NCBI RefSeq assembly: GCF_032444005.1
Contig: NC_091287.1
Coordinates: 531,960,001-532,024,000, forward strand
DNA length: 64,000 bases
Reading direction: 5' to 3'
Origin: Ranitomeya imitator
Taxonomy: Eukaryota
The notes beneath the pieces were generated by a model. It did no database searches. It was not told where the DNA came from and saw only the letters and a program-made list of their open reading frames with translations. How positions within the stretch are numbered: position 1 is the first letter of the stretch; each line of letters starts with the position of its first letter. Shown one piece after another: positions 46,322 through 58,765 of this stretch. Position numbers and translations under genes: made by a program.

Positions 46322-46742
46322 GGCTACATTCACACTAGCGTTTTCTGCAATCCGTCACAATGCGTCGTTTTGCAGAAAAAACGCATCCTGCAAAAGTGCT
46401 TGCAGGATGCGTTTTTTCCCCATAGACTTGCATTGACGACGCATTTGTGACGGATTGCCACACGTCGCATCCGTCGAGCGACGGATGCGTCGTGCTTTTG
46501 CGGACCGTCGGGAGAAAAAAACGCTACATGTAACGTTTTTTTCTCCTGACGGACCGCTTTTTCCGACCGCGCATGCGTGGCCGGAACTCCGCCCCCACCT
46601 CCCCGCACCTTACAATGGGGCAGCGGATGCGCCGGAAAAATGCATCCGCTGCACCCATTGTGCAATGCAGCAAACGCTAGCGTCGGAATCTCTCCCCGAC
46701 GCATTGCGACGGGGAGATTCCGACGCTAGTGTGAAAGAAGCC
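46322..46742. mobile_element. PIF/Harbinger MITE (421 bp)
   Basis: TIR GGCT...TTCACACTAGCGT; TTA TSD (46319-46321, 46743-46745). Confidence 0.92.
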
Positions 46743-49202
46743 TTAACCATGTTGTTTGTGGTCTTTCTGATGTGAAGATACTGGGTGAGAGAATATTGCC
46801 TAAGGTGGGAGCTTTTCTGGCAACAATATTGCAACCATTTTGGAAGATTTTAGCAAGAGTAGGATCCTCATACCGAATCGGTAAGGACTTATGAATTATA
46901 CTTTTGATAGCATTAAATTGCGGGCTGTACTGTAGACAAACAAACGGTTTATCCCCACAGTGGCTATTACTAGCATTGGCTGCAGCCTTGTTACCAGAAG
47001 ATGGTGTGATGAGATCTTTATGTTCCATTTTGGACACGATATTTAAAGCTCTATTTAACATCCAATTAGGATAACCACGTTGCTTAAATTTAGTACATGA
47101 TTTAATCAAATCCTGTTGGAGAGCAACACTATCATTACAGTTGCGCGTCAGCCTTGTGACTTCTCCCACCGGAATTGATTGCACAGTGTGTTTTGGATGG
47201 CTGCTGTTTGCGTGAAGAATGCTGTTTCCTCCTAGTGGTTTAGAAAAAGTTCGGGTGGCAATCAAATGTTTGGCAACTCCCGAAAGTTCCAAGTCCAGGA
47301 AAGTAATCCTAAAAATTTCATGGACAAAAGTAAATTTGATATTATATTCATTGTTATTGATGTAAGTAATGAAATCCTGTATGGCAGATACATCGCCTTT
47401 CCAAATGATAAGCATATCGTCGATGTATCTGCCATACCATGAAATAAAGGGCAAAAAAATTATTGGAAGTAGTTAACAAATAATGATACTCCCAAAATGC
47501 CATGACCAAATTGGCTAGGGATGGCGAGAATTTGGCACCCATTGCCACGCCCGCGTGCTGTAAATAATAATCACGATCAAAAGAAAAAAAGTTATGAGTT
47601 AACAGAAAAAAATGTGACTTGAAGAATATATTCAATTAAATCCCGAGAATAGCTGCTGTATTTGTTTAAATTAAATTGTAAAGCTTCCAATGCCATATTG
47701 TGGGGTATGCAAGTATAGAGAGAGGCCACATCACAGCTTAGCCAAGTAAAATCCGGTAACCATTCCTTGTGTGACAAAACATCCAAAATATCTCTAGTGT
47801 CTTTAATATGGCCAGCCACCCTAAGAACCAGCGGCTGCAACAAAGAATCCAGCCATTGTCCAATAAGTTCATTTGTGGAACCTATGCTGGATACAATCGG
47901 ACGCATAGGTGGAAATATACTTTTCTTCTGGATATTAGGTAGTCCATATAAGATTGGTGTAACAGGATGAGAAACCTTCAAAAAATTACTTTGTTTCTTC
48001 GAAATGACACCTAGGGAGAAACCCTCATTTATAAAGTTGTCCAACTTATTTTTAAACTCAATAGTGGGATCTGTTCCTAGTCTTTTATAAGTGGTTTCAT
48101 CGGATAATAAATTCAAAATTGCTTCTTTATATTGCGTGTCCATGACAACCACAACCACTACTCCTCCCTTGTCACTCATCTTTATGACTACATCCTTCAT
48201 TTCTTGTATTTGTTTAATAATGCGTCTTTGGTGTTTCGGCACATTGTGGGTAACACCAGTAACTGGTTCGGTAAATTTAAGATTTTTAAGTTCACGTTCA
48301 AGGACTTCTTGGATTCTGTTCATGCAATCCACCCTGGATTGGATGGGATAAAAAAAAAAAAGGATTTTTCATTTTAAACTGATCTGATTGACTGACACAG
48401 TCCTGAGACAAAGTATTGTGATCGTGTAACTCCTGTAGAGATAGCAGCGCAACCTGTTCGTGGAAATCCATTAAATTAAACTCATTAACTGTGGTTTCAT
48501 GTTGATTTTTGCTATGTGATATCCCATCAGACCAAAAATGTTTTCTTATTGTTAGATTACGGACAAATTTATTAATGTCCATTATAGCGGAAAAAAGTTT
48601 AAAGTCATGATCTGGAGCAAAATTCAATCCATAAGACAACACTTTTAGTTGTTCCACTGAGAAGATACGAGAGGACAAATTTAGCACATTCTCAAATTTT
48701 ATTTCTGCATGCATTTCTTGAGGCGTGTCTGCATGCCAGAATTGCTTTCTGTGTTTCCGGCCACCACGCCTTTTGCGTTTTTTGATTTATTGACCTGTTT
48801 GGTGGAACTGCAACATGCAGATTCATTTAAAGAAATATCTGATGTGCTAAGACCAAAATCGCCAGAATCACCCTCTTGAGAATTAAAACTGACGGACCGC
48901 TTGTTGTATTTTTTCTTATAATTTGTATGTCCCAAGATAGATCTGGGTGTTCCGCAAAAGGACGAATCCCACTCATACCAATCATACACCTTATTGGTCA
49001 CATAATCCTCCAGATCTCGCTGGAATTTGCAGTTTTTTTTTCGATGCATGATGTCATCTTCTAATTTGGTCAAATCTTCTTGTGTTTTTTTAAAAGAGAT
49101 ATTTTCATCCAGTGAGATATTATGTGAACTCAATGTTGCTTTAAAATTATCATTATCTTTTTGAGTATCTGATAACTTGAGTTCCTCATATTTAATGATT
49201 AA

Positions 49203-50089
49203 GGCTGGTTTCACACTTGCGTTTTTAAACGCATGCGTTTGGAAAAAAAACGCATGGTGAAAAAACGCATGTAAACGCATGCACAAAAAACGCATGCGTT
49301 TTTCTATTAAAAAAACAGAAAACACACTGATATGCCACCCTCCACCATAATGGTGATAAAGGGGATCCTAACCCTAATCCTAACCCTAAAGGGATCCTAA
49401 CCCTAACCCTAACCCTAAAGGGATCCTAACCCTAACCCTAACCCTTAAGGGATCTTAACCCTAACCCTAACCCTAAAGGGATCCTAACCCTAACCCTAAC
49501 CCTAAAGGGATCCTAACCCTAACCCTAACCCTACCCCTAACCCTAATCCCTTCATGGTTAGGGTTAGGGGTAGGGTTAGAGTTAGGGTTAGGATCCCTTT
49601 AGGGTTAGGGTTAGGGGTAGGGTTAGGATCCCTTTAGGGTTAGGGTTAGGGGTAGTGTTAGGATCCCTTTAGGGTTAGGGTTAGGATCCCATTAGGGTTA
49701 GGGTTAGGGTTAGGATCCCTTTAGGGTTAGGGTTAGGGGTAGGGTTAGGATCCCTGTAGGGTTAGGGTTAGGATCCCTTTAGGGTTAGGGTTAGGGTTAG
49801 GATCCCCTTTATCACCTTTATGGTGGAGGGTGGCATATCAGTGTGTTTTCTGTTTTTTTAATATAAAAACGCATGCGTTTTTAATGCAAACAAACGCATG
49901 CACAAAAAAACGCATGTGTTTTTATGTGTCCAAAAAACGCCCCTCAAAAATACTACAAGTTGCATTTTTGAAAATGAACGCATGCAGTAAAAAAACACAT
50001 GCGTTTTCAATGTTAAATATAGGGGAAAAAACGCATGCTTTTTTTGTGCAAAAAACGCTGCAGACAAAAACGCAAGTGTGAAACCACCC
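49203..50089. mobile_element. PIF/Harbinger MITE (887 bp), fully palindromic, carrying telomere-type repeats
   Basis: TIR GG.TGGTTTCACACTTGCGTTTTT; TAA TSD (49200-49202, 50090-50092). Confidence 0.92.
49367..49801. repeat. (CCCTAA)n then (TTAGGG)n, interspersed with GGATCC spacers
   Basis: Orientation switches at ~49550-49556. Confidence 0.95.
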
Positions 50090-51094
50090 TAATCGCATTA
50101 AATTCAATGAACAGGTGCTTAGGATGGAGTTCCATTCATTGGAAAATGCTTCACAGAAATTGGTAGTGGACTTCTTTTTAATTCTTAATCCCCTAGGGAT
50201 CATGTCTTTTGAAACATAATTCTGTAATGTGGTAAGATCCCACCAGGTCTTAATTTCTTGAATTAAAGTCTTATGCAGCTGTGCCACATCATGACAACGC
50301 ATGGTCTAGTCATCACTAAAGATGTCAGGATAGAGGAAAAGGCTCCACTGGACCAAAGAAAAAAAAGCGGTCTACAGTGATGCTGCATTTCTAACTGATA
50401 TAGTCCAGCTGTCTGACTGACATTTTGTTCGGTTTGCATGAAGCCCATGGCAAAAAATTAATGGCCACTTTTATTCACTCATATCTAAGAACTCTCTGTA
50501 GTGTAACTTGAAACCTGCGAGCCCCAGTGCAAAATCTCTAACAGGGCCCCCTTCCATGACCATGTCAATGTGATAAGTCAATCCTATTTGCTGCTACTTT
50601 AAAACCAAGTGAATCGATACCGTCATTTCTATTCTCAGCCAGTGATCAAATCCGCTGCATTTTCATGAAAAAGATATCGGACCGGCTGGAAAATGCTTCT
50701 CCGATGATGATTGTGCTGATAGAATTGACACGTGTAAACTGGATCAGCAAAGTTGTTACTAAACCGTGTTTTTGACTATTTTGAACGTGAGAAACAGAGA
50801 ATAGTTTGTATTATTATAGGAAATCAATACGAATATTAAACTGCAGCTCCGCTATCAACTTGTGTTGTCCTTATGGTCTGCTTTGAATTTTATCTTTATA
50901 TCATATTAGTTTATTTTCATTCTGATATCATTCTACAGTATAAAAAAGTAGTTTTCTCTGAAAACCATCAACAAGGGTATCTGCATTAATTTTTGTTAGG
51001 ATTTTCAATTTATATTCTAGTTATGCTGCCATGGTGGTAATGAAGAGTTTAAAATCCAAATAACTTATTTAAAAATGAAAGAAGCTGTCTAGTC

Positions 51095-51526
51095 AATGGG
51101 GTTCTCTGTGAATGTAATGAAAAGGCCCCTGTCACGTAATTCAAATGGCAGCCAGTCCTAGTCATATGTCAGGACGGGCTGCAGTCTGAAGAAACCCTGC
51201 TCCTGAGGCCAGCGTCTCAACTGCCAGGAGTTATACAATAAGCACACATCCCTCACTCAGAAAAGTTAAGGGCTCTGACATGAGAAGAAATTAGTCTCAA
51301 CTGATTGCGTACAGAGGTCTGAGGCTGGAGAAAAAAATCCTTTGTGCTCAGTCAGTCGAGAAGAGGTATGTGCGCTTTTGACAGAGCTCCTCTGTCAGTT
51401 GAGACACAGGTGTCAAGAGATGTGTTTCTTTATACTGCAGCCCATCCTGGCACGTGACTAGGATGGGCTACCGTTTGAATTATGTGACGAGGGCTATTTT
51501 TTAACATTCTTGGAGAACCCCTTTAA
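51095..51526. mobile_element. T2/Kolobok-type MITE
   Basis: GGGGTTCTC ... GAGAACCCC-TTTAA with long imperfect inverted arms. Confidence 0.6.
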
Positions 51527-52873
51527 CTATAAAACTATTTCATTTTTAAAAAGGTATTTGGATTGTAATCTCTTAATTTCCACCCTAACACAATAGCTGG
51601 GTTATATATACAAAATCCTAAAAAAAAAAGATAATGCAGAAATCATGCTTGTTGATGTTTTTTTTTTCTCAACTGCTCAAAATGAAAAAAAAAGGAAACA
51701 TTTTCTGGTATTTGAGATCCCCTGCTGTCCTCTACTTGTCTGCATCTGAAACCCATCCCGCCATTTAACAAATCAGAACTGTCAGACGCTACTTGGAAAA
51801 CATTATCCTATGGGGCCATTATTTCTATGATGTCTTTTTTCTGCTAGCAGAATGCACATTTTCTGCATCTAATGCAATTTTTATGAGGAAAATCCGCACA
51901 TAAAACTGCCGAGAGAAAATGATATAGGCAGCATCAAAAACTCACCAGAAATTAATTGTAGGAACTTGACCTAAGCTGTTGAAAAAAAAAAATCAAGAGT
52001 CAGAATAGGCATCAAACAGCAATTGGGGTAAGGAATACAAGTCGAAACTGTAATGGATAGCTAGAACTCAGAAGCAAGCTTCAACAAATACAAGAACTAT
52101 TGGAACTTTTTGCTCAGGGAGGGAAGAAATAAGGAAGGGTACTTTAAGAAACCTGAAGTCCTGGGTGATGGAAAGGAGAAGATGAACATGGGTGTGGACT
52201 GATCCTTTAAAGGAATTGCTAGCATGCACCTTAGAAGAACAAAGAAGGAACAGCAGAGGAGGAACCAGTAGTGATTGTGGCAAGACCCGCCTACCGATTG
52301 GGAGCCATATATCACTGGCTCTCAGGACCATCTTGCAAATTTTTAATCTATTGACAAGTATGAAACAAATTTTATATGATAATTAAAAGAAAAAAGAAGA
52401 TTGCTAATCCTATTTTTACCCTAATCTTATACAACTCCTTAACATTGACTTTTGCCAGATTGACCCTTGTATACAAAGGCTTAGATAGAAGAAACAGGAG
52501 GCCCATGTGTCAGATCAATAGAATAACCATAATGGTGCTGGATTTTACAACCAGAGGATAAGGGTCTGATGTTTGTTTCCCCTTTGTATATTTTCCATGC
52601 CCAAAGGTAAATGCGTTACCCCAGTGTTTGCTGAAAACGTAGATCCTCTGGGGAGGGAAATCCTGCAAACGTGTGGGTCCAACCAGCACTGGGCTATCTC
52701 ACCAAGGGCCCCATAGCATCTTCCTTGTATACTCTTTCTCCAAAGAATAAAGGAACATGGAGAAAATTTAGCCACTATTTCTACCTGTGCTTCATGTCTG
52801 CGCAGACTTGGGAATCTCCGTGGTAGCAGACTACAGACATTGTGTAGTCAGGTCATACCAGCATAGTCTTCAC

Positions 52874-53534
52874 TAGGGTTGAGCGACTTTTCCTTTTATA
52901 GGATCGGGTCGGGTTTCACGAAACCCAACTTTTTCAAAAGTCGGGTCGAGTGAAATTGGCTGATCCTATAGAAAAGTCGGGGTTGGGGTCGGCCGAAACA
53001 CGAAACCCAATGCAGTGCATTGGGTTTCTAATGGCTCCCAGGGTCTGAAGGAGAGGAAACTCTCCTTCAGGCCCTGGGATCCATATTTAAGTGTAAAATA
53101 AAGAATCAAAATAAAAAATATTGATATACTTACCGCCCTGGTTCTAACCGGCAGCCTTCCTTCCTAAGAATGAGCGCCTGAAAGACCTTCGATGACGTCG
53201 CGGCTTGTGATTGGTCGCGTGAGTGGTAACATGGGCGTCATGCGACCAATCGCAAGCCGCGACGTCATCTAAGGTCCTTCAGGCGCTGATTCTTAGGAAG
53301 GAAGGCTATGGGTTAGAACCAGGGCGCGTCCGAGGGTGAGTATATATATTCATATATATATATGAATTCCGATACCGATTCCCGATATCTTAAACATATC
53401 GGAACTCGGTATCGGAAATCCGATTCCAGATCAGAAGATCGCCGACCTCATGGCCGACCCCACACAGGGGTCGGGTTTCATGAAACCCGACTTTGCCAAA
53501 AGTCGGCGACTTCTGAATCTGGCCGACCCGTTTC
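52874..53534 (+). mobile_element. Non-autonomous derivative of the hAT family, right TIR deleted
   Basis: Starts TAGGGTTGAGCGA; both ends match the ends of 29213-41593; upstream GTCTTCAC and downstream remnant CTTCAC indicate a partly deleted TSD. Confidence 0.85.
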
Positions 53535-54219
53535 TTCACATGTATCCCCTGCAAGATTAGACTATGACTTTTTTTGCAGTCTCTTGCCATGCATATGAAT
53601 AGATGTTCATCGGAGCTGTAGACACAAAATGGTAGAACTTTTTTAATCAAGACCTATTTTTATAAATAATCTGTCAAATTTTTCACTTTTAGATGCATTG
53701 GGACAATACAAAAACTTAGCTGCAGTAGTGGACGCTGGATTTTAATATATCAGAAGTAGATTTCCAGGGAAATATTTCAAAATAGACAAAAGGAGCGTTC
53801 TGACAAGTTATAAAAAGAATAAATATATAAATAATGGAGTATACAGACTGTTCTGACGTGGAAAGTATGGAAATGATTTATGAAGATGGGAGCTCAAGAC
53901 AAGCTGTGAAAAGAAGCGTCCCCTGAGGGTCTCAAGCCGAGCGGCCGCTGACTCAGCACAATGGGAAGAGATACAACTATCTGTTTTGGATGTGAGGAAT
54001 ATGAATGTCAACAGTGACACAAGATCCTTTGAGAAAGCAGATATCATCAACTCAGATTTTACTTTAATGAGAAAACGAAATTAAGACAATATTTATAACC
54101 ATAAACTACACAATTAACTCATCTATCAAAGGGAAACTCCAGGAATATTTTTTTATAATTAGTAAAATCGAGCCTTTAGGATCATGTAATGCACCAGTAC
54201 GTAGCGGGTCTGTCTTTAA

Positions 54220-55882
54220 AGAGGTTATCCAAAAATTATAATTTATGAAATAGGTAATAGGTCACTGATTGGATCCACACTTATCCCTAGAATGGTCACA
54301 CAGGCAGACTACTATTTCATTCACATTCTATGGGACGGACAGTTGGAGCGCCCCCAGACACAGGGCCACAGGTTACTCGGTACCGGTCCTTTCTGTCTCA
54401 GTTCTGGGGTTGTCACGGTGGCTGGACCCGGTCCGTGACCCTGCTAAGGGGCGTCCAATAAAAGGGGTGATGATAGTTTGTCAAGGTTTCGTGATGCCAC
54501 CTGTGGTGTTCGGTCAGGGCGACCGACGCTGCTTGGGGTCCGCTGGGTTGATGGAATGGCAGCTAGATGGTATACCTTCCCACAGGTGAAGTATGTCCCC
54601 AGGGCTTCCCAGTAAGGTGGATGGTGATGGTGTGTGGTGCAGACAATAAACGAGGACACAAGGTTGCAGTCTCTTCACCTCTTTACTGAAGACTTCAGGA
54701 TCCTCAATCCAGAGCACGGTTAACAGGGCTATCTGAGACCGGCCGGTCCGATGGCACATCCAGAGTTCCCTTTTCAGGTGGAAATCGTTGCCTACCACTA
54801 GCGCCTGTGTGTTGTAGTCCTACCCTGCTGAGCATTCGAAATAGTCCTCACAACTTCTGTTCTCATTCGTTCATTCTTTCTAGTTCTTTCTAATTCTTTC
54901 TCTTTCGTTCCAGATGTTTCTAGTTTCTCGTCGCCCAGGTATGTTATGGCTAGGACGCACCCGTATGATGGGAAGGCTCGGAGCTCTTCCGGGACCCTAG
55001 AGATGCCCCTCTCCACGCGTTGCCCCTATGTCTGCATAGGAAATTTAAAGTAGACAGCCAACCTATAATTAACTGTCCTGCGGAGTTTGAAGTAAGGCAT
55101 AGAGTCAGTTACTTCCTCGGTGTTCCGGCCACCGGCTACGCGCCTCAGTAGGATGTTGCCGTTCTTGGGGCACGACTCCTACTGGTTCTCCTTGTGCTGA
55201 TCTTGTTTCTCACTGTTCCACAATATCCTTCGCTTTGTGTCTCTTTCTTAGGATACCGCCGCAAGGTAGTGCAGGCACGGTTCCATAATGTTCTGTTCTG
55301 TTCGCTAAGTACCTGCCAGGTTCCCATGCCTGACAGGGACCCCCCTGAATCTTCTCCCTGCAGCACCCCCTGCCACGGGATGCTGCCTGAATCCAACCCA
55401 GTCAGCTTCTGACTAACTTCCTATCCAACCCCTAGTTTTACCAGTGTGAGGAGTGGCTCAATAAATAAAGCCTTTTTCTCCCCCTAGTGGCCGGAGTGTG
55501 AAGTGTAATGTGTGCTGGTGATACCTGGTCAGAGAACTCCTTTAGTGCCATCAGACATACCATCACTCCCCTTAGCGGCAGAGCGTCATACTGAAACGAC
55601 CAGGTCTCTGGGGCGCTGCACAGAGACAACCAAGGACAGTCTTTGCTTCGCCAATACTAACGATAATGGCAGTGCTCATGATCGACTGCCGCTAATTTCC
55701 AATTGGGGAAACTGGACCCCCTTTTCTCACGATTGCCCACAGAGACCAGAACATGATTACTTGTCCTGTGGATAGGTAATAGGTTGTGGAAATGTGGACC
55801 AATGCCACAGATGCTGGACATGGGCTGACCAACTGATGAGGCTCCACATGCTAAAAAGATTGACTGCAGTGAGACAACCTCT
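54220..55882. mobile_element. T2/Kolobok-type MITE hosting a solo LTR
   Basis: TTAA-AGAGGTTATCC ... GACAACCTCT-TTAA. Confidence 0.6.
54344..55620 (-). mobile_element. Gypsy-type solo LTR (family A), reverse orientation
   Basis: TGGAGCGCCCCC...GGGGCGCTGCA; flanks CAGT/CAGA; reverse complement of the 11610 family. Confidence 0.82.
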
Positions 55883-56064
55883 TTAAAATTCATGAAGTTG
55901 GGTCAGATTTGTCAAAAACATCCAATTGAAAAACTGTCTTTGTTGTCAACAAAACCAATCACAGCGTATTTTTTCTTTTTTACTGAGCTGTTAAAAAAAT
56001 AGCAGAAAGGGTTGCAAACAATAAAAAGTAACAACACACACACAAACACAAAAAGGGAGTAGGA

Positions 56065-56305
56065 AAGGTGCAATGGCTGGATGTTCTAAAAGGCACAAAT
56101 GTCGAAGAAAGATAGGAGATTTTGGTAAATTAAATTCTCACTGCACAATCGGTATGAATCCCGAAAAGAAGGAAGAATTGGAAGCATTTAAAGAGACCAG
56201 GATGGATGAACACAGAACTTAATCACTTGTTAAAAAGGAAAAAAGAAATGTATATTAAATGGAAAGAGAAAGGCATATCTAAAGAAGAATATAATGTCTG
56301 CAACA
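56065..56305 (+). pseudogene. Fragment of an older CR1 ORF2 (different subfamily)
   Basis: WLDVLKGTNVEE..IPKRRKN..KRPGWMNTEL..KRKKEMYIKWK with stops. Confidence 0.55.
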
Positions 56306-56309
56306 AATG

Positions 56310-56823
56310 CACGTCCCTTTGGATAAGTCTCTATGAGCTTTCCACATCTTGAAACTTGAATTTTTGCCTATTCCTCAATACAAAACTTCTCCAGCTCCTT
56401 CAGGTTAGATAGTTTCCTCTGGTGTACAAGAATCTTGAAGTCTGACCACAGATTATCAATTGGATTAAAGTCTGGGCTTTGACTAGGTCACTCCAAAACA
56501 TTAACATGTTTTCCCTTTGACCACTCGAGTGCAGCTTTAGCAGAATGCTTTGGGTCATTGTCTTGTTAGAAGGTGAACCTCCGCCTCAGTCTCAAATCAC
56601 TGACAGACTGAAACAGGTTTTGCCCAAGATTATCCCTGTATTTTGCTCCATCCATCCCATAAATTTAATTTATGCCTACATTTTTCTGAATTCACTTACC
56701 TCCTTAGACTATTTAGTGCTGATGCATCGCACACAAAGTGGATTAAAAAACTGTTTAAACACAGGCTATAATGTAACAATATAGCTAAAAAGCCAAAAGG
56801 ATTAATAAATTCACATTCCACTG
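56310..56823 (-). mobile_element. Tc1 transposase and terminal fragment
   Basis: Minus-strand WP..SPDFNPI-like segment; end ...CACTG-TA. Confidence 0.6.
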
Positions 56824-58160
56824 TAGGGATCTTTGGGTCCCTCATTCTCATGATTAATGGGAATCTCAATATCCAGCGGAACAGAAGATAGAGGACCGGA
56901 ATGTTGCAGAGACAGAATAAGAAAAAATATGGATATCTATCTATCTATTATCTACAGTTACGTCCATATATATTTGGATAGAGATAACATTTTTCTAATT
57001 TTGGTTATAGACATTATCACAATGAATTTAAAAAACAACAACAATTCAATTGCAGTTGAAGTTCAGACTTTCAGCTTTCATTTGAGGGTATCCACATTAA
57101 AATTGGATGAAGGGTTTAGGAGTTTCAGCTCATTATCATGTGCCACCCTGTTTTTAAAGGGACCAAAAGTAATTGGACAGATTCAATAATTTTAAATAAA
57201 ATGTTCATTTCTAATACTTGGTTGTAAACCCTTTGTTGGCAATGACTGCCTGAAGTCTTGAACTCATGGACATCACCAGACGCTGTGTTTCCTCCTTTCT
57301 GATGCTCTGCCAGGCCTTCACTGCAGTGGTTTTCAGTTGCTGTTTGTTTGAGGCCTTTCTGTCTGAAGTTTAGTCTTTAACAAGTGAGATGCTGCTCAAT
57401 TGGGTTGAGATCAGGTGACTGACTTGGCCATTCAAGAATATTCCACTTCTTTGCTTTAATAAACTCCTGGTTGCTTTGGCTTCATGTTTTGGGTCATTGT
57501 CCATCTTTAGTATGAAACGACGACCAATCAGTTTTGCTGCATTTGGCTGGATCTGAGCCCACACTACGGCGGCTCTGAATACCTCAGAATTCATTCGGCT
57601 GCTTCTGTCCTGTGTCACATCATCAACAAACACTAGTGACCCAGTGCCACTGGCAGCCATGCATGCCCACGCCATCACACTGCCTCCGCCGGGTCTTACA
57701 GATGATGTGGTCTGCTTTGGATCATGAGCTGTACCACACCTTCACCATACTGTTCTCTTTCCATGATTCTGGTAGAGGTTGATCTTGGTTCCATCTGTCC
57801 AAAGAATGTTCTTCCAGAACTGTGCGGCTTTTTTAGATTTTTTTTAGCCTTCTTATTCTTGATGCTTATGAGTGGCTGCATCATGCAGTGAACCCTCTGT
57901 AGTTACTTTCATGCAGTCTTCTCTCTATGGTAGATTTGGATATTGATACGCCGACCTCCTGGAGAGTGTTGTTCACTTGGTCGGCTGTTGTGAATGGGTT
58001 TCTCTTCACCATGGAGATTATTCTGCGATCATCCACCACTGTTGTCTTCCGTGGGCGCCCAGGTCTTTCTGCATTGATGAGTTCACCAGTGCTTTCTTTC
58101 TTTCTCAGGATGTACCAAACTGTAGATTTTGCCACTCCTAATATTGTAGGGATTCAACCA

Positions 58161-58765
58161 GGGATTCAAGCTTCAGGAGGCTAATTTGCATATTCCAGGT
58201 GCCTTCTGGGAGAAGCGAAGTCTCCCTAAGCTAGAAGATCGTTGGGTACAGCCGGGACCAGCTGCTTCGAAAGCATCACCAAACCAGGGATTCAAGCTTC
58301 AGGAGGCTAATTTGCATATTCCAGGTGCCTTCTGGGAGAAGCGAAGTCTCCCTAAGCTAGAAGATCGTTGGGTACAGCCGGGACCAGCTGCTTCGAAAGC
58401 ATCACCAAACCAGGGATTCAAGCTTCAGGAGGCTAATTTGCATATTCCAGGTGCCTTCTGGGAGAAGCGAAGTCTCCCTAAGCTAGAAGATCGTTGGGTA
58501 CAGCCGAGACCAGCTGCTTCGAAAGCATCACCAAACCAGGGATTCAAGCTTCAGGAGGCTAATTTGCATATTCCAGGTGCCTTCTGGGAGAAGCGAAGTC
58601 TCCCTAAGCTAGAAGATCGTTGGGTACAGCCGGGACCAGCTGCTTCGAAAGCATCACCAAACCAGGGATTCAAGCTTCAGGAGGCTAATTTGCATATTCC
58701 AGGTGCCTTCTGGGAGAAGCAAAGTCTCCCTAAGCTAGAAGATCGTTGGGTACAGCCGGGACCAG
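58161..58765 (+). promoter_or_regulatory. ~4.8 x 126-bp tandem monomers in the CR1 5' UTR, each with octamer ATTTGCAT
   Basis: Unit starts 58161, 58287, 58413, 58539, 58665; octamer at 58184, 58310, 58436, 58562, 58688. The repeat is certain; promoter function is inferred. Confidence 0.7.

Larger units (their letters stand above)
45540..50450 (-). mobile_element. Penelope-like element (RT + GIY-YIG), decayed and split by two MITEs
   Basis: PRGLR N-terminus, SDKGG, YGLPNI..PPMRPIVS, DVASLYT, GVAMG, RYIDD, HP..RGYP; GIY-YIG VRYKIDC..C.KSYIG and REAYWIF..GLN; stop at 45843-45845; several frameshifts. Confidence 0.9.

Noticed and set aside
49367-49801. Ancient telomere-telomere fusion site
   Set aside because: Orientation is (CCCTAA)n-(TTAGGG)n, the reverse of a fusion, and it lies within a TSD-flanked MITE.
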